From Candidatus Aenigmatarchaeota archaeon (GTDB lineage: Archaea > Aenigmatarchaeota > Aenigmatarchaeia > QMZP01), in contig JACQOD010000055.1 in assembly GCA_016202725.1 (NCBI GenBank), positions 1-29,089 on the forward strand: 29,089 bases of DNA, in the 5' to 3' direction. Positions 15,988 through 24,688 of the stretch are shown here, one piece after another; position 1 is the first letter of the stretch, and every line of letters begins with the position of its first letter. The position numbers and the translations under genes are program-made. Under the pieces are notes generated by a model. It saw only the letters and a program-made list of their open reading frames with translations. It was not told the DNA's origin and searched no databases.

Positions 15988-16287
15988 ATGGGGAGAAGGG
16001 ACGAATGCTGCGACATGCGGGGGATGCTCTCCTTCCTGATCCTCTTCCTCCTCTCCAAGAAGGCCATGCACGGCCAGGAGATCGCCGAGGAGCTGGAGCA
16101 GCGGAAGGGCATCCGGCCGAGCCCGGGGACCATTTACCCCGCCCTGAAGGCCCTGAAGGAAGCGGGCTTCATCCGCGAGCAGAAGCAGGGGAAAACCATC
16201 CTCTACCGCCTGACCCCGCAGGGTGAGCGGGCCCTCAAAGCCTCGAAGGAACGGTTCTGCAAGATGTTCGTCGGGGTCTACTCCTGA
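15988..16287 (+). CDS. PadR family transcriptional regulator
   Basis: MHGQEI..E......PSPGTIYPALK.L.E.G.I...Y.LT..G. Confidence 0.92.
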   Translation: MGRRDECCDMRGMLSFLILFLLSKKAMHGQEIAEELEQRKGIRPSPGTIYPALKALKEAGFIREQKQGKTILYRLTPQGERALKASKERFCKMFVGVYS

Positions 16288-16388
16288 GGAGTCGGGGGGT
16301 GTGCTGGCCGCGCCGAAGGGCCCGGTGCGCGCCCCACGGCGCGGGGGTGAGTGGCGGGGCGCATGCGCACGCCGCCTCCTGCGCCCCC

Positions 16389-17201
16389 CTACGGGATGTC
16401 CGTGGGGTCCCAGGAGGTGCGGAAGCCTTCGTCCCAGGCGCGCATCTCCCGGAGATCCTGCTCCCGCAAGGAGAAGTCGAACACGGCGGCGTTCTCCCGG
16501 ATGCGGTCCTCCCGGACCGACTTCGGGATGGCCACCAGCCTGTTCTCCAGGGCCCAGCGGACCAGGACCTGGGCAGGGGTCTTCCCCAGCCTGCTGGCGA
16601 GTGCGGCCAGCCGCGGGTCGCTGAACTTCCTCCCCTTGGTGAGGGGGGAGTAGGCCTCCACCTGGATCCCCTGCTTCCTGCAGAAGGCCCTGAGGTCCTC
16701 CTGCGCCAGGAAGGGGGAGAGCTCGACCTGGTTCACGGCGGGGGCCTGCCCACCTGCAGCCAGGAGCTGCTGCAGGTGGCGGATGGTGAAGTTGCTCACG
16801 CCGATAGAGCGGATCTTCCCCTCCCGCTGGAGGCGCTCCAGAATCTTCCAGGTGGCCAGCCGTTCCGGCACGGGCCAGTGGATGAGGAAGAGGTCGATGC
16901 AGTCCACGCCGAGCAGCCTCCGGCTGGTCTCAACGGCCTTCGCCGGGTCGTCGTGGTGGTCGTTGTGGATCTTGGTGGTGAGGAACACGTCCTCCCGGGG
17001 GATGCCGCTCTCCCGCAGGGCCTTGCCGACGTCCTGCTCGTTGCGGTAGTAGGCTGCGGTGTCGATGTGCCGGTAGCCTGCCGCCAGGGCCGCGCGCACC
17101 GCTGCCCGCGTGGCCGGACCCGGCGGGGCCTGGTAGGTGCCCAGGCCGAGCCAGGGCATGGTGATGCCGTCCCTGAGCCTGGCCGCGGAGCGGAGGTCCA
17201 T
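16389..17201 (-). CDS. Aldo/keto reductase
   Basis: GLGTY, GYRHIDTA.YY.NE..VG, FLTTK, DLFLIHWP, IGVSNF, NQVE, IPKS motifs. Confidence 0.95.
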   Translation of the reverse strand: MDLRSAARLRDGITMPWLGLGTYQAPPGPATRAAVRAALAAGYRHIDTAAYYRNEQDVGKALRESGIPREDVFLTTKIHNDHHDDPAKAVETSRRLLGVDCIDLFLIHWPVPERLATWKILERLQREGKIRSIGVSNFTIRHLQQLLAAGGQAPAVNQVELSPFLAQEDLRAFCRKQGIQVEAYSPLTKGRKFSDPRLAALASRLGKTPAQVLVRWALENRLVAIPKSVREDRIRENAAVFDFSLREQDLREMRAWDEGFRTSWDPTDIP

Positions 17202-17291
17202 GCCTGCTCTTGGGAGGCGGGAGTAAAAGCCTTTCACCCGGGTCGAAGCTGGCGCTTGTTCATCCCACAGGGCCTAACGTATTCGCAGGAG

Positions 17292-17395
17292 GCATGTGTG
17301 TAGCCCATTGCCCGCCGCAGGTTCTCTTGCTTCTGATTTCATTGTTCCCTCCGTGTTGGAAACCGATAGCATGCGTCTGGCAGCTAAACACGCAC
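17292..17395 (-). mobile_element. MITE family 1 copy C (104 bp, no TSD)
   Basis: Same TIRs and GCTATCGGTTTCC..GGAGGGAACAATG core; flanks CGCAGGAG / AAACCTCC differ. Confidence 0.88.
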
Positions 17396-17411
17396 AAACC
17401 TCCCACCACCC

Positions 17412-17846
17412 TCACCGGTCGTGGTGGCGGTCCTTGCTGCGGATGTGGGGTATGCGCGGGACGACCACCGCATAGGCCGTGGCGCCCAGGGCGATGAGGT
17501 ACCATTCGAAGCCGATGGCCATGCCGATGGCCGCGGAGAACCAGATGTTCGCCGCGGTGGTGAGGTTGCGGATCTCCCCGTCCCGCTGCTGGAGGATGAT
17601 TCCTGCTCCGAGGAAGCCGATGCCGCTCACGATCTGGGCGGCGATGCGCGCCGGGGAGAGGGGGTCGATGATCGTGGACAGCAGGGTGAAGAGGAACGAG
17701 CCCCCGATCACGAAGCAGTGGGTGGAGATCCCCGCGGCCTTGCCCCGGGTTTCCCGCTCCACGCCGATGGCGAAGCCCGCGATGACCGAGACCACCAGGC
17801 CCGCGAGGAACTGGACCTCGTACCCGGAGAGCAGGTTGACGGCCAT
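17412..17846 (-). CDS. MgtC/SapB family membrane protein
   Basis: IG.ERE...K.AG..TH, RIAAQIVSGIGFLGAG, LTTAA.IW motifs. Confidence 0.93.
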   Translation of the reverse strand: MAVNLLSGYEVQFLAGLVVSVIAGFAIGVERETRGKAAGISTHCFVIGGSFLFTLLSTIIDPLSPARIAAQIVSGIGFLGAGIILQQRDGEIRNLTTAANIWFSAAIGMAIGFEWYLIALGATAYAVVVPRIPHIRSKDRHHDR

Positions 17847-17934
17847 TATTTTCTTGTGGGCGCGCGTCCTAATAAAGCGGGGGGTGTCGAGGTCCTGCTG
17901 CGGAGGATCCCTGTTGCCCTGCTGCACCGCCAGC

Positions 17935-18171
17935 GTGGGCGGGCAGCTCACCCATGCCCTGCCGGCCGCAGCGGGTCCCGCTTTGGGCAGGACCTAACGT
18001 CAGCGGCGAAAACAATCGTCACCACCCGAAACAACGCTCATCCCTCTCCTCTCGTCAAGCGCATTGGGCCGACCTTGCTCAGTAGGTCACCGCAAGACGT
18101 TGTGTCGATTATTTTGGCCCGGTACGTTAGCATGCATCGCCAAGAAGCCTCCTCACCAGCTACCCACGCAC
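17935..18171 (-). mobile_element. MITE family 1 subfamily E copy H, interrupted by a nested element; TSD CC(G/A)CCAGC
   Basis: Both halves align to 19454-19563; CCGCCAGC at 17927-34 and CCACCAGC at 18172-79; 104 bp after removing the insert. Confidence 0.85.
17997..18127. mobile_element. Nested 131-bp inverted-repeat element with TA duplication (IS630/Tc1-mariner-like MITE)
   Basis: About 22-bp imperfect TIR (ACGTCAGCGGCGAAAACAATCG / CGATTATTTTGGCCCGGTACGT); TA at 17995-96 and 18128-29. Confidence 0.7.
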
Positions 18172-18207
18172 CCACCAGCAATTAAAATCCCCGCGCCCAG
18201 AAAGGGC

Positions 18208-18630
18208 ATGCAGACCAAGAACCTCACCCAGCAGGTGGAGATCCCCGCCGCGCCGCACGAGGTGTTCGAGATGCTGCTCGATCCCGAGCGGCACAGCCGC
18301 TTCACGGGCGCGCACGCCGCCATCTCCCGCCGCGTAGGCTCCCCCTTCACCGCCTACGATGGCTGGATCGAGGGCGTCCAGATGGAGGTGGTCAAGGACC
18401 GGCTGATCGTCCAGAAGTGGCGGGGCAAGGACTGGCCGAAAGGGCACTATTCCATCGCCACGTTCACCCTCGCTCCCTCGGGGGCGGGGACGAGGATCAC
18501 CCTCACCCAGAGGGGCATCCCCGCCGGCCTCTTCGAGGGCATCAGCGCCGGCTGGCATGAGCACTACTGGGACAAGATGCAGAAGTCCCTGGACATCGAC
18601 CGCAGGCTCTGGGGAGCGCGCTCCCGCTAG
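18208..18630 (+). CDS. SRPBCC/AHSA1-like domain protein
   Basis: I.A.P.EVF..L.D...HS.FTG, FT.YDG.I.G, IVQKWR..DWP.G, GW.E.YW motifs. Confidence 0.9.
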   Translation: MQTKNLTQQVEIPAAPHEVFEMLLDPERHSRFTGAHAAISRRVGSPFTAYDGWIEGVQMEVVKDRLIVQKWRGKDWPKGHYSIATFTLAPSGAGTRITLTQRGIPAGLFEGISAGWHEHYWDKMQKSLDIDRRLWGARSR

Positions 18631-18663
18631 CGGGAAAGAAAATGAAAAGGGAAAAAGGAATCC

Positions 18664-19056
18664 CTATTGCTTCTTGGGGATGGTTTCCCAGATCCCGATG
18701 ACGTTGCCCTCGGAGTCCGTGACGCGGGCGTAGTACCCCATATCCATCACGGTCATCTTGGGCATGACGATCCTGCCGCCGGCCTTCTGGACCTTCTTGA
18801 GGGTCGAGTCCAGGGACGGGACGTTGATGACGACCACCGGGCTCTCGCCGGGAGCCTGCCGGGGCATGATGCCGCCGTTGATCGCTCCGGCCTCCTTGGG
18901 CATGCGGGTCTTCTTGTCCACCTCAACGGTGGAGACCATCCAGTAAGGCATGGCCCCGGGGGCCTTCTCGATCTTCCACCCGAACAGGTCCTGGTAGAAC
19001 TTGCGGGCGCGGTCAGGCTTGTCGGCAGGGATCTCGAAATGCACAACCTTGTCCAT
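18664..19056 (-). CDS. VOC/glyoxalase family protein
   Basis: VVHFEIPAD..DRA..FY..LFGW, INGG, V..AGG.I.MP, D.EGNVIG.WE. Confidence 0.93.
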   Translation of the reverse strand: MDKVVHFEIPADKPDRARKFYQDLFGWKIEKAPGAMPYWMVSTVEVDKKTRMPKEAGAINGGIMPRQAPGESPVVVINVPSLDSTLKKVQKAGGRIVMPKMTVMDMGYYARVTDSEGNVIGIWETIPKKQ

Positions 19057-19264
19057 AGTACCTCCCTGCTATCCGAGGGGAGAACGGGCATAAATACCTT
19101 CCGGCAGGACCACGCCGCCAGGGCCGGTAGCTCATCTCCATGAAGCGTGTTCTCCTTCAGCGCCGTTTGCGACGTCGTGGGTGCAATGCGATTCCGTGAA
19201 TGACCGTGTCCGCGAGCCCCCTACGGGGCCTGCAGGCACTATTGGCGCCCCGCAATGATAGGCG

Positions 19265-19368
19265 GTACGTGTTTAGCTGCCAAACGCATGCTATCGGTTT
19301 CCAACAAGGAGGGAACAATGAGATCACATGCAAGAGAACCTGCGGTGTTCGATGAGCTAAACACATAC
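19265..19368 (+). mobile_element. MITE family 1 copy D (104 bp, TSD GATAGGCG)
   Basis: GTACGTGTTTAGCT...AGCTAAACACATAC; GATAGGCG at 19257-64 and 19369-76. Confidence 0.93.
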
Positions 19369-19453
19369 GATAGGCGCATTGGCGAAGACGGGCATGGCTG
19401 CCGCGAAGGATCTGCGCCATTCATTCCCCAAGCTCTTGGCAGGCGAAGAGGGC

Positions 19454-19563
19454 GTATATGTTTAGCTGGTGAGAAGGTTTCTTGGCGATGCATGCTGGGT
19501 GGCAATCCTGCCAAGAAATGGAAACGCTGCGACAGACAAGGCGTGGCTGAGCTACACCCATAC
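19454..19563 (+). mobile_element. MITE family 1 subfamily E (110 bp, degenerate TSD)
   Basis: GTATATGTTTAGCT...AGCTACACCCATAC; flanks AAGAGGGC / CAGAGGGG; interior homologous to copy H. Confidence 0.82.
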
Positions 19564-19805
19564 CAGAGGGGAAAGGCCGCCGTCGGAGCCAGAATGGCGT
19601 CAGATGCAACAGGTAGCTGTTACGTGACAGGTAGCATCACAGTTCACGGAAGAGGTAGGCGCGCAATTATCAGGTCAGCGGGCAACAGCCGCTGCCTGCT
19701 CTCCTGCAGACCTCCAAGGACCGGAGGGGGGATGCATTTCCTGCCCCCGCCAGGCTGCGCCTCCCCTCCAGGCGAATCTTTATAAGGAATGGAAAATAAT
19801 ATTCC

Positions 19806-20039
19806 ATGGTGAGAAATATGGAAAAGACAAGATTGGAGAAGGAGGGGAGGGTATTCATCCCCAAGAAGGTCAGGGAACGGCTCGGCATGCGCAGCGGTGA
19901 AGAGATGCTCATTGAAGAGAGGGATGGGGCACTCATCCTCCGGAAGCGAAAGTCCCCCGAGGAGTTCTCTTCCCAGCTCAAGGGCTGCGTGAAGGGCGGG
20001 GGGAATCCGCTGGACCTCAAGAAGATGTGGAGGATGTGA
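19806..20039 (+). CDS. AbrB/MazE-type antitoxin
   Basis: GRVFIPKKVRERLGM..GE...IEE.DG.L.L. Confidence 0.9.
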   Translation: MVRNMEKTRLEKEGRVFIPKKVRERLGMRSGEEMLIEERDGALILRKRKSPEEFSSQLKGCVKGGGNPLDLKKMWRM

Positions 20040-20447
20040 ATGCTCTTCGTGGACAGCAACATCTGGTGTTATTACTTTGACGCCGCGGCGAAAGAGCACG
20101 CCAAGGTCGCGCAGTTCATTGGCCGGACCATCGGGAAGGAGGAGATGGTCCTGAACACGGTCGTCGCGATGGAGATTGCGCAGTACCTCATCAAGAATCT
20201 CGGCCCCGTGCGGGGGAGGGAGAAGATGGATGCCCTGCTCGGGTTCCCTTTTACCATCACGGATTTCGATTACGACCTCCTCCTCAGGTCGGTCCAGGAA
20301 CTCGCCACGCACGCGCATGCGGGGATTGGCGGGCGGGACGCAACCATCCTCGCTTCCATGCGCGCCCTCGGCGTCCGGCGCATCGCCACCCATGATCGGG
20401 CCTTCCAGAGGGTGGATGGGATTGAGGTCGTGGACCCTTGCGCGTGA
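20040..20447 (+). CDS. vapC: PIN-domain (VapC-like) toxin
   Basis: FVDSNIW, V..E, DATILA.M, IATHD..F motifs; abuts the antitoxin stop. Confidence 0.9.
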   Translation: MLFVDSNIWCYYFDAAAKEHAKVAQFIGRTIGKEEMVLNTVVAMEIAQYLIKNLGPVRGREKMDALLGFPFTITDFDYDLLLRSVQELATHAHAGIGGRDATILASMRALGVRRIATHDRAFQRVDGIEVVDPCA

Positions 20448-20458
20448 GTGGATGCCTC

Positions 20459-20641
20459 GTATGTGTTTAGGTACCCTCAATATGCTCGCTGTGTATCGAT
20501 TTCCCCGGATGCGAGCCGAAACACGTCAAAAAGGTCATGTGGCCTAAGTATGCCGATTTTCAATGTAACTGATTCGCAGAGTGGAAGAATTGCCAAAAGT
20601 GTGTGTCCAACTGCTAACGGTTAGACGAGCTAAACACATAC
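20459..20641 (+). mobile_element. MITE family 1 long subfamily F (183 bp, no TSD)
   Basis: GTATGTGTTTAG...CTAAACACATAC terminal inverted repeats; left end matches the reconstructed element at 28886. Confidence 0.75.
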
Positions 20642-20756
20642 GCGGCACGTAGTGCGGCAATGCAGGCAATAATAGCAAGGGGTTGTGGAGCCAAGACCTA
20701 TGGACACCCAATCTCTCCTGTGGTCCTGCGAGCACGGGGCGCATTGGCATGCCGCT

Positions 20757-22190
20757 TCAGTACGCCCGCGCGAAGCAGGCCTGCTGGCCGCTGTTGCCGC
20801 AGACCACGCAAGCTCCCGCAGGAGGCTGGAAGGGGATGACCCGGATGTCTGTCCCGGTCTGGTCCTTGACCTGCTCCTCGCAGGCCTTGTTCCCGCACCA
20901 GCCTGCAAGGATGAAGCCCTTCTCCTTCTCCGCGAGCCTGCCCAGCTCCTTCAGGGTGGCCGCAGGGCGGGTGTTGGCCTCGAGGAAGGACGTGGCCTTG
21001 CGGAAGAGCGCGGCCTGGATGTCTTCCAGTAGGGCGGGTACCACGGTGCCCAGGGCATCCCATTTCACGGGCTGCTTCTGCATGCTGTCCCGGCGGACCA
21101 GGATGGCCTGCTGCTGCTCGAGGTCCTTGGGGCCTATTTCAAGCCTGACCGGCACGCCCTTCAGCTCCCACTCGTTGAACTTCCACCCCGGGGAATAGCC
21201 CTCCCGGTCATCCAGCTGGACCCGGATGCCGAGCTTCTCGAGCTTGCCCTGGAGGTGTTTGGCTTCCTTGAGGACGCTGTCCTTGCTCGCGTCCTGAAAG
21301 ATCGGGACGACCACGACCTGGATGGGCGCGATCCTCGGCGGCAGGACCAGTCCCCGGTCGTCCCCGTGGACCATGATCACCGCGCCGATCGTGCGGGTGG
21401 ACACCCCCCAGGAGGTCTGCCAGGCGTGCTGGCGCTTCTGGGCCTGGTCCAGGAAGGTGATGCCGAAGGCCTTCGCGAAGTTCTGGCCCAGCTGGTGGGA
21501 GGTGCCCATCTGCAGGGCCTTGCCGTCGGGCATGAGGGCTTCCAGGGTCGTGGTGTAGACTGCTCCTGCAAATTTCTCCTTGTCCGACTTCCTCCCGGTG
21601 AGGACGGGGATGGCGAGATAGTCTTCCATGAGCGTGCGGTAGCTCTCCAGGATGCTGCGGACCTCCCGGTCAGCTTCTCCCTCCGTGGCATGGACCGTAT
21701 GCCCTTCCTGCCAGAGGAACTCGCACGTGCGCAAGAACAATTTGGTCATCTTGATCTCCGCCCGGAAGACCGAGTTCCAGTAGTTGTAGAGGAGGGGCAG
21801 GTCCCGCCAGGAGCGGATCCACTTCGCGTAGGCGTCGTAGACCACCGTTTCCGAGGTCGGCCGCAAGATCAGCCGCTCCTCCAGGGGCTGGGTGCCGGCC
21901 TGGGTGACCACGAACAGCTCGGGAGAGAAGCCCTCCACGTGCTCCTGCTCCCGCTGGAGGAAACGCTCGGGTATCAGGGCCGGGGAGTAGGCGTTCTGGT
22001 GGCCCTGCGCCTTCAGGAGGCTGTCCAGGGCGGCCTGGATGAGCTCCCAGATGCCGTACCCGTAGGGCTTGATGAACATGAACCCCTTCACCGAGGAGAA
22101 GTCTGCGAGACCGGCCTTCAGGGTGACCTCGTTGTACCACTCGGAGAAATCCTTGCCCTTCGGGACCGTGATCCCCTGCTGGTCGGACAT
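20757..22190 (-). CDS. proS: Proline--tRNA ligase (archaeal/eukaryotic type)
   Basis: FSEWY, RPTSET, FLRT.EFLWQEGHT, QTSWG.STR and C-terminal ARAY. Confidence 0.97.
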   Translation of the reverse strand: MSDQQGITVPKGKDFSEWYNEVTLKAGLADFSSVKGFMFIKPYGYGIWELIQAALDSLLKAQGHQNAYSPALIPERFLQREQEHVEGFSPELFVVTQAGTQPLEERLILRPTSETVVYDAYAKWIRSWRDLPLLYNYWNSVFRAEIKMTKLFLRTCEFLWQEGHTVHATEGEADREVRSILESYRTLMEDYLAIPVLTGRKSDKEKFAGAVYTTTLEALMPDGKALQMGTSHQLGQNFAKAFGITFLDQAQKRQHAWQTSWGVSTRTIGAVIMVHGDDRGLVLPPRIAPIQVVVVPIFQDASKDSVLKEAKHLQGKLEKLGIRVQLDDREGYSPGWKFNEWELKGVPVRLEIGPKDLEQQQAILVRRDSMQKQPVKWDALGTVVPALLEDIQAALFRKATSFLEANTRPAATLKELGRLAEKEKGFILAGWCGNKACEEQVKDQTGTDIRVIPFQPPAGACVVCGNSGQQACFARAY

Positions 22191-22256
22191 ACCCCTTTCT
22201 TGGGAGGCGTTCTTTTTAAAGCGGGGGCGGGAAAAAACCGCTCGCCTGCGGGCCTG

Positions 22257-23240
22257 TTAAAGGGAGGCCTGGAGGGCCTGGAACGCCTGGGCAGCCTCCT
22301 GGGCCCGGGGAGGCTCCCGCCTGCCGGCCTCCTGGAAGGCCTGCGCTGCTGCTGCGCGCTTCCCGAGGCGGAAAAGGCAGGTCCCCCTCCCGAGGAGGAC
22401 CGGGAAGGAGGGCGGGAGCCTGAGATACTGGGCCAGGGCTTTGTCCCAGGCGCCCTCCCGGGCATACGCATAGGCCAGGTTCATCCTCGCTGGCTGGAAC
22501 CCTGGCTCCCGCAGGAGGGCTTGCTCGAAGGCAGCAGCCGCGGCCGCAGGATCCTGGCGGGTGAAGAGGAGGATGGTGCCCTTGTCGAACCAGGCCTTTG
22601 CCGTGGGGCGGTCCTGGAGTTCCTGCTCCAGGAGGGCGAGGTAGCGGAGCTCATCCTGCTGGATGGCGGCTTCCCCTTTGAGGGCCTTGAGATGGTGGAT
22701 TTCCAGCCCAGAGGGGATGGGTCGGATGCCCTGCCGCTCAAGGGATTCCTCCACGAGTTCGTGCACCCGGCGGGTGAACTCGATCCCGGGGAGGCGGCGG
22801 AAGAAGCGCACGCACGGGACCGGGAAGAAGCCGGGGAATCCATACTGCCGGCTGACCATATTGTTTGCGGGGACGAAGCGCGTCTGGCGGGTGTCCTTGG
22901 TGTAATTGAGTTGGTCCAGGAGGAAGGCCTTGCCTTCCCCTTGGGCGAGGGCGCGCAGGCGTTGCAGGCCTTCAGGGGCAAGGACCTCGTCCGCATCCAG
23001 GACCAGGATCCAGTCCTGGGTGGCCTCCCGGAGGGAGACGTTCCGCTGGCTCGCGAAATCCTGGAAGGGGTGTACCACCAGCGTGCACTGGAACTCGTCA
23101 GCGATACTGCGCAGGGCGGGGGTTTCCAGGTCCACGACCAGGATGCATTCCTCCACCCCTTCCCTGGCGTTCCGCAGGCAATTCCTGAGGAACGCTTCTT
23201 CCCCGTCCCGGACGATCATGCAGAGGCTGATGGTATTCAT
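22257..23240 (-). CDS. GT2 family glycosyltransferase with C-terminal TPR repeats
   Basis: ISLCMIVRD.E, DFA..RN, WILVLDADE, F...VHE motifs; TPR-like helices. Confidence 0.88.
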   Translation of the reverse strand: MNTISLCMIVRDGEEAFLRNCLRNAREGVEECILVVDLETPALRSIADEFQCTLVVHPFQDFASQRNVSLREATQDWILVLDADEVLAPEGLQRLRALAQGEGKAFLLDQLNYTKDTRQTRFVPANNMVSRQYGFPGFFPVPCVRFFRRLPGIEFTRRVHELVEESLERQGIRPIPSGLEIHHLKALKGEAAIQQDELRYLALLEQELQDRPTAKAWFDKGTILLFTRQDPAAAAAAFEQALLREPGFQPARMNLAYAYAREGAWDKALAQYLRLPPSFPVLLGRGTCLFRLGKRAAAAQAFQEAGRREPPRAQEAAQAFQALQASL

Positions 23241-23336
23241 ACTACTAATTATCTACTACTTTCTGTCAATTTAGTAGTTAACTATTTAAAGGAGTAAACT
23301 ACTCGTTATCTACTAACAACTACTATATTAGTAATT
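23241..23336. repeat. AT-rich divergent promoter region with ACTACTnnTTATCTACTA direct repeat and CTACT/AGTAG half-sites
   Basis: 16/18 identical copies at 23241-58 and 23298-315; TTAGTAGTT at 23271-79; TATTTAAA at 23283-90. Confidence 0.65.
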
Positions 23337-23346
23337 CGGGGACAAG

Positions 23347-24687
23347 ATGAACAAACCAGAAAAACCGGCTGATATGAAGCACCTCCTTCTGCAGAATCAG
23401 GAAAAGCTTCCCTTATTCCTTGGTAATGCATCAGTCATGAAATTCGTGCATCAGGCAAATCAAGAATATATGCATTGGGATGATGTGCGGAGGAAAAGGC
23501 TTCCTGAAGGGACGACCCTCGAGCTTCTATGGACCCTTATGAAAATCTTACGGGACCCTTCGCTGAAATTCATTCGCGTTGGAAAAATGCAGTTTAGCTA
23601 TGCGGTTATTTCGGAGATGCAGCGCAAACTCCATCTTCTCGACACCGGTGCCGCCGGAAGGCTGACCTCCCACCAACCGTTTGTGAACCTCGAAGGGCAA
23701 GAGCGATACATCATCAGTTCCCTCATGGAAGAAGCAATTGCATCAAGCCAAATTGAGGGGGCCGCAACGACGAGGAAGGTTGCAAAGGAGATGTTGAGGC
23801 TGAACAAGAGGCCAAGGACTCCCGATGAAATTATGATCCGTAACAACTACCGGACCATGCAGAAGATTATGGATATGATAAAAGGCGGGAGCAAAAGAAT
23901 GACAGTTGAGTCCATTCTCGACCTCCACCGTGAACTCACAGACAGCACGATGGATCCCCAGTGGCAGGGGAAATTCCGCGAATCCAATGACGTGTATGTC
24001 GGAGAGCATATGGATCCGGATAAGGTGTATCATATTCCTCCCGACTACAAGGAAATAGAGGGAATGATCGGCGCGCTATGCGATTTTGCTAATGATGACG
24101 GCGGCGAGTTCATCCACCCCGTCATTAAAGGAATAATCCTCCATTTCATGCTCGCATTCATCCACCCCTTTGTAGATGGAAACGGGCGAACCGCGCGAGC
24201 CCTCTTTTATTGGTACGTGTTGAATAGGGGATACTGGCTGTTCCAATTCATGTCGATCTCGCGCATCGTCTATCGGTCCCGGGGAAAATACTACATGGCT
24301 TTCCTCCATACAGAAACGGATGATAACGATCTGACGTATTTCATTAAACACAACCTTGAGGTCATTCAGGAGGCCTTCGATGACATGCAGCACTACATCG
24401 AAAGGAAACAGCGGGAGCAGGAAGAGGCCAGCAAGCTCGTCAGGGGATTGAAGAGTGTCAATCTTCGGCAGGCCGATATCCTCCAGGACCTGCTGAAGAA
24501 TCCGAACAAGGCGTTGATCATCCCTGAGATTATGAACACCTATGGGGTGGTCTACCAGACCGCGCGAAAAGACCTTTTGCATCTCGTGCACTTGGGGCAC
24601 CTTAATCTCACGCGCGCCGGAAGGAAGTTCGTCTTCAGACTGGCCTCGCGAGGGGAGAAGCTGGGTCATTCGAAGGAGTTGCGTTGA
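23347..24687 (+). CDS. Fic-domain protein with C-terminal winged-helix
   Basis: HPFVDGNGRTAR motif, EEAIASSQIEG segment, YQTARKDL..L HTH tail; visibly lower GC than its flanks. Confidence 0.93.
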   Translation: MNKPEKPADMKHLLLQNQEKLPLFLGNASVMKFVHQANQEYMHWDDVRRKRLPEGTTLELLWTLMKILRDPSLKFIRVGKMQFSYAVISEMQRKLHLLDTGAAGRLTSHQPFVNLEGQERYIISSLMEEAIASSQIEGAATTRKVAKEMLRLNKRPRTPDEIMIRNNYRTMQKIMDMIKGGSKRMTVESILDLHRELTDSTMDPQWQGKFRESNDVYVGEHMDPDKVYHIPPDYKEIEGMIGALCDFANDDGGEFIHPVIKGIILHFMLAFIHPFVDGNGRTARALFYWYVLNRGYWLFQFMSISRIVYRSRGKYYMAFLHTETDDNDLTYFIKHNLEVIQEAFDDMQHYIERKQREQEEASKLVRGLKSVNLRQADILQDLLKNPNKALIIPEIMNTYGVVYQTARKDLLHLVHLGHLNLTRAGRKFVFRLASRGEKLGHSKELR

Positions 24688-24688
24688 C

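Noticed and set aside
17275-17291. TA-ACGTA beside copy C as the end of a second family 3 element
   Set aside because: Only about 8 nt of similarity and no partner end.
17992-18132. attC-like site (ACCTAAC ... GTTAGCA, ~140 bp) and an integron reading of the repeat-separated accessory genes
   Set aside because: The arms pair without extrahelical bases, the unit sits inside another MITE at a TA, the other repeats have clear TSDs, gene orientations are mixed, and no integrase is present. An attC covariance search would settle it.
19609-19635. ACAGGTAGC direct repeat
   Set aside because: A short isolated pair with no supportable function.
19255-19785. ORF running through MITEs D and E
   Set aside because: A mosaic of repeat sequence with no recognisable protein features.
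14969-20641. CRISPR or other regularly spaced array
   Set aside because: The repeats are ~100-180 bp, irregularly spaced, in both orientations and flanked by TSDs. No cas genes.
17284-20649. Composite transposon formed by TSD-less copies C and F
   Set aside because: Their flanks do not match each other or the other copies in either orientation.
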